This document shows positions 27,438 through 31,962 of a stretch of DNA of 31,962 bases, in pieces. Source of the DNA: a virus; IMG/VR virus record IMGVR_UViG_3300045988_073522, positions 1 through 31,962 of that record. One strand, 5' to 3'. Numbering within the stretch: the first letter of the stretch is position 1; every line of letters begins with the position of its first letter. The notes beneath the pieces are model-generated. The model ran no database searches, was not told where the DNA came from, and saw only the letters and a list, made by a program, of their open reading frames with translations. A program made the position numbers and the translations under genes.

Positions 27438-30400
27438 TAGATTGTAATATTTTTAACAGTATCTTCTGTTAGTGTTAAATTCTCTGTATATTTAACTGTT
27501 CCTGTAGGTCCATCAGTCACTTCAAATTTAAACTGAACACCTTTTTGAGCATATATTCTATAATTTCCATTATCCTGCATATAAGCCACATTCAAGAAGT
27601 TATCGTTTTCTGTAAGTATCTGATTTACCCCAGTTGGTATAGTGCCACTTGGAGTTTCTAATTTGCCTGTAATAAGAACAGCTTTATTTGGGTCTGGAGT
27701 TTGAGTAAACATACATTTAGGACCATCTACGCCTCCTTGTTTATAAAGACTAAAGTAGAAACTCCTTTGATTATATGTAGTATTCTCATTATAAGTAACT
27801 GTTAATTCTGTTTCTCCAGGTTGCCCAGATTCAGGTGTAATGCTTACAATTTCATTTGGACTATATCATCCTAATTCTCAAGGAATATTAGAAGTAACTG
27901 TAATCTTTTTAGTCCCAGCTTTATAATCTACAACTGGATCTGAATCATCAAATGATATATATTCACCTAGATTTTGAACTCCAGCTAAATAACTATTAAT
28001 ATCTTGAACTTTAATAAATTCACATCTAACTGTAGAATCTGAATTAATATCATAAGCATCAATCTTATTAAGTATCCAGTAAGAATCTTCAAAATAATAG
28101 AACTGTCTAAGTAAATCATACTTAACATCTAAATCATCCAATCTTACAAAACAAGTAACTTTCTTAGTATTAACATCAAATTGATCATTATAAAATTCAC
28201 TTCAGAATCTACTATAAATAGTACTTCCGATATTATAAGTTATATCATCAATATAAATCTCTTGTGGTAATCCAAAATCTCAAGAAGCAGTAACATTAGA
28301 GGACGAAACGGTATACCTTGTAAATTGAGGTAATACAGTTCTCTTTATAGCAATTTTATTCCCACTAATATCTTTCTCACTTTTAGTAGATATATAACAC
28401 ATTTCCTGATCATTTAATATGTTCATTTCTGTAAGATCATCTGTAATTCAATATGTTACTTCATTTCCTTTTACATCAGTTAAAGGAACATTACCGTTAA
28501 AGAATACTAGGGATTGAGAGATATCCTCTAAAGATTCCTCATTACCATCAATTGAGAAAAATACATTTTTGGCAAATATATCATTACCTGCGATTTTATA
28601 TCATTCTGTGGTTTTAGAGGGATCTATAAAATTAGCTCCGTATAACTCTTGATCTATAGTCTTAAGTTCAGTAGTGCTATTATTAAATAATGTATAGGTA
28701 ATATTATCATTCATAAATGCAGGAACTACAAGGGAAGAAGAATTGTAAAAATTTCTAAAATATTTATTTCTCCATCTTGCAGAAACTATATTTTCATATA
28801 TATTATCACTATACAGTTCAGTTGTTTCAGAATTAAAATTATAACCAGTATTTAATCTTTGTTGACCATATAATATAGAATATTCCTTATTGTATTTTTT
28901 ATAAAAATAAGTTTCTGGACCTTCAGAACTCATTCTATATCACTTCTTATCAAATAATATTGGATTTACATTGAAATCTTTAGAATAATCTATTCTCTTA
29001 CTCCAATCAGAGATTATATTCTTAAAGAAATTATTTCTAGTATATATTCTAATTGTTTTACTATCAATATCTTTTGTAAAATATAACCCAAATAGTTTTG
29101 CATAACTCAATAAGTAATCAGCAGGAGATTGTTCTGTTTTTAATAATAATTTTTTAGTTAATAATGCATTACTTTGAAGTACCTCTGTAGAAGTAGTAAT
29201 TTCAATGGGAGAAGTAAGATCTACTATAAGATCTCCTTTTGGAATAGCTTGGTAATCCTCTCCTCTTTCTATTACTTCACTTAATAATCCAGTAGGGCGA
29301 ACACTATTTCCAGTAGATCATACAACATTAAGTTTAATTTTAATTTTATTAATTGGAATTTTAAAATTTGTAATATTAATAACAAAATCATTAGTTAATG
29401 AAGAAGTATCATAAAATACATTATTTTGAAAATACCCAAAATGATTAACCCCATTAGCTATAGGATGTGAGTAGGTTCCTGAATTTGTAAATCTATGTAT
29501 TTCAGAAGTATAAATAGTATCATCTACTTCATTAGTAATTGTTAGCCAAACATCAGCGTATCCTCTATATGCTGAATAAAAAGGAGGAGCAGAGGAGCTA
29601 AAATACCTTCTAAATCCAAAAAAATATCTATCCCCAACATTTCCTGCAGTTCGATTAAACTTTAACTTAAAATAAAAAGTTGTAGAAAGGCTTTTTCTAA
29701 ATCCAGCCTCACTTAAATCAATTATTCCAGAATCGTAAACAATATCAGGTGATGCAATGGATAATTTTAAAGGACTTGATGTAGATTCTCCTTTATTTAT
29801 ACCTACCTGATAATTATATTTACTATCTTCTACTAAAAAGCCAGATTCTGTTACATCTTCTTCGTCACTTACTAGATTAGATAATAAAGGTAAAGCTACA
29901 AAGGATTTACTTCAATACGGATTATTTCAATTAAAAAATGAAGGATCAAATACTACATCATATCCAGAATTCTCTTTTCTACAGATAGTTTCAATTAACT
30001 TACTCAATTTTAAAGCTGGCCTTTGCATATAACTTCTAAGATCTCTCATCTCCCATTCTGTATATGCTCTATTTAATTTAGCTAATCCATACCCATTATA
30101 AGGTGTATATGTAACTCCTGAATCTGTCTTACTAGTAGGAAATATACTATTTTCATTAGTATTTATTAAACAAGTTTCATTATCAAAATCTTCATATAAA
30201 CCATTATATGCTGGAATAAATGTCAAATAATCATATATTTGACTTCCTTCATTCGTTTTACTTCAGTCAAAACAAGTATTTACAAAATCTTTGTTAATAT
30301 AAAAATTAAGTTCAGTATCAGCAGGAAGTGTATTCCCATCTTCATCAGTTACAAAGTATTGTAAATCAGCAAGAGTCCTAATAGTACCATCTTCTTTATA

Positions 30401-30793
30401 TTTAAGTCCATAGAAGAAATCTCCTAATCCTCCATATAAAGTAATATTATAAGTAATGACAGCTTGTTTTATAGATATACTATTTAATTGCATATATCCA
30501 GATTCAACTAAATAGTCATTATTATAGATTCCAAAATCAACTCGTTTTGAAGGATCAAAATATACTCCAGAGAAATTACCTTCTTTTATATGGAGAAATC
30601 TATCTAACTTATAAATCTCTCCAAAAATCTTATTATTATTTTTGTCTCCTGGAATGCTTATAGTCTTACTGAATGAATTTTTTACTATTGTTGGATTCTG
30701 AAAATCTTCTACAGTATAAGTCATTGGTAATGATATGCCTTCAGAACAATGTACTTCTTTTCCTGCAATAAATAATTTAATATTTTTACGCAT
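27437..30793 (-). CDS. Large tail/baseplate-associated structural protein (1118 aa)
   Basis: Five track ORFs (30263.., 29927.., 28601.., 27878.., 27437..) and all gaps between them are one frame. Hand translation of every gap found only TGA: 30263, 29927, 29912, 29318, 28940, 28601, 28448, 28280, 28202, 27878, 27866. ATG at 30793; TAA at 27437. Confidence 0.75.
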
Positions 30794-31265
30794 ATTTTCA
30801 AATATATCCTTTATGTTGTGAAATATTACCAATACAACACTGTCCTATATTTTGGGGAACAAACCCATATTTTTTAGTATCAGCAATTGAATTTCATCTC
30901 TTTATAAAAGTGCCATCTAAGCTTTCCTGTATTACAGGTTTTTTATTATTATTTAATCTATTTCCATAAGTAACATTATATTGAGCTGTACATCATTCTA
31001 AATTATCAACCCTATTATCCTCCTTTATCTCATTTATATGATTTACTTGTGGTAAGTTTTCTACGTTTGGAATAAACGCTTCTGCAACTAATCTATGAAT
31101 ATTGAATCACTTGCCAGACTTATTCTTTCACAATTGAACTTTTGTATATCCAGCTGGAGTATATCCACTCTTCAGTTCTTTATTGTTTTTTATAGAGAAG
31201 ACTTTACCAGTATTACTTATCTGGTAAAGTCCCTCATATCCTTTAATGTCTTTATATACTTCCAT
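30786..31265 (-). CDS. HNH homing endonuclease, copy 3 (159 aa)
   Basis: Absent from the track because of 5 in-frame TGAs. ATG at 31265: '[24 protein letters not shown]', '[37 protein letters not shown]', ending 'HKGYIWKYA'. TAA at 30786. Confidence 0.8.
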
Positions 31266-31267
31266 AA

Positions 31268-31962
31268 TTATTTACGATAAGTATCTTGAGAAGCTTCTAC
31301 ATTAATTGTATAATAGAACTTGTTTTTACCTTGATTAGTATAAGTTTTATATTCACAATTTGTATCTGTAATCAATACTGGAGTGATAGTATTATCTTTA
31401 AGATTATGCAAATATACTTTAGTACTCTCAATTAGATTAAACATCTTAGAAGCTTGAATATCATTTAAATAACCAGTATAAAGAACCCAGCTTGAAGTTA
31501 TAGTATTCAAATACTTATTTCTTGCAAACTCTTGTGATGTATTTAATACCTTACGAGTATATGTTTCAGATTTAATCTCATCATTCTTTTTAACATTACC
31601 CTCAACAAGTAATGAATCTCATCCACCTGCTGAATTAGTATAATACAACACATAATCTTTACCTGTAGTATCTATATCATATCTAATCTGTCTATCACTA
31701 ATATTTCCACCTTCTACAAATCCTACTATTAAATAGCTTCCACAAGACCATAATTTATTACTTAAATCTTCTGTATATGTATATCCATTAATTCCAGAAT
31801 TTAAACTAATATCCATAGCAGATTGTACTCCATCTATATAAAAGAATCTATTAATAACTCCAGTTCCAGTTGGTAGAATTCAACTTGATACTAAATACTG
31901 CCTTGGATCAACTAAACCAGTAATAGGATCACTTAACATAGTGCCTTTAGTTAGATCTCTAT
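31268..31962 (-). CDS. Virion structural protein of the tail/baseplate module; N-terminus lies beyond the window end
   Basis: Track ORFs 31619..31816 and 31268..31510 are one frame, joined by TGA 31619. The frame stays open past TGA 31880 to the window edge. TAA at 31268. Confidence 0.65.

Noticed and set aside
2182-31280. Other antisense or out-of-frame track ORFs: 2182..2373, 2330..2608, 5719..5910, 8870..9226, 9303..9557, 11096..11281, 13525..13779, 14304..14525, 14383..14580, 17286..17582, 18565..18753, 22099..22320, 22455..22646, 22972..23262, 23366..23581, 25804..25992, 26956..27216, 27259..27447, 31095..31280
   Set aside because: Each lies entirely within a longer, better-supported gene, either on the opposite strand or in another frame. 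They have F/I/L/S/N-rich compositions typical of chance ORFs in AT-rich DNA.
1-31962. Fragmented ORFs as evidence of a decaying prophage full of pseudogenes
   Set aside because: The interruptions are exclusively TGA. Reading frames are never shifted at the breaks, no TAA/TAG nonsense codons occur inside the genes, and the merged products have intact catalytic motifs on both sides of the TGAs. Random decay would produce all three stops plus frameshifts.
1-31962. TGA as selenocysteine, or as glycine (code 25, as in Gracilibacteria/SR1-type hosts)
   Set aside because: About 60 sites in structural and nuclease genes is far too many for Sec, and I saw no recurring downstream hairpin. At alignable sites the paralogous codon is TGG (NLEWC, IKRW, GYIWKY), which points to Trp rather than Gly.
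1-31962. tRNA (including a TGA suppressor), CRISPR arrays, integrase or attachment sites
   Set aside because: I inspected the intergenic regions (4806-4894, 6906-7056, 7543-7784, 9975-10010, 15058-15213, 21176-21266, 24561-24755). I found no cloverleaf-like GC-rich arms or T-loop motif, no spacer-repeat periodicity and no recombinase-like ORF. A suppressor tRNA, if the phage has one, must lie outside this window.

Overview
AT-rich (by eye roughly 30% GC), densely coding segment of a tailed dsDNA phage or prophage. Almost all genes are on the minus strand, with one plus-strand block at 7057-9974. Modules I can recognise: packaging (terS/terL); portal; protease, scaffold, major capsid and tail tube; a tape-measure-like protein; large tail/baseplate proteins; several fibre-like genes; a lysis cassette with an M15 peptidase endolysin; an SF2 helicase; and a sigma-factor-like pair. 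Seven homing-endonuclease-type genes are interspersed (3 HNH, 3 GIY-YIG, 1 T5orf172-like).

The main result is that TGA is a sense codon here, most likely Trp (a code-4-type reassignment). About 60 in-frame TGAs by hand count are the only triplets that break the standard-code ORF track into same-frame fragments and apparently empty gaps. Every rebuilt gene ends at TAA or TAG. Paralogous genes inside the window have TGG in one copy and TGA in the others at the same conserved Trp positions. The ORF track also labels some TTG codons as M, so several track starts are not real.

Secondary observations:
- A conserved 48-49 nt intergenic element in four co-oriented copies, each followed by a hairpin.
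- Bacteroidetes-type -33/-7 promoters, one of them duplicated in inverted orientation.
- A T9 slippery run with a long open -1 frame.
- A sigma factor split into two ORFs.
- TGA usage that is very uneven between genes.

I found no tRNA, rRNA, CRISPR array, integrase or transposase in the window. All calls come from hand translation and motif memory; no searches were run.
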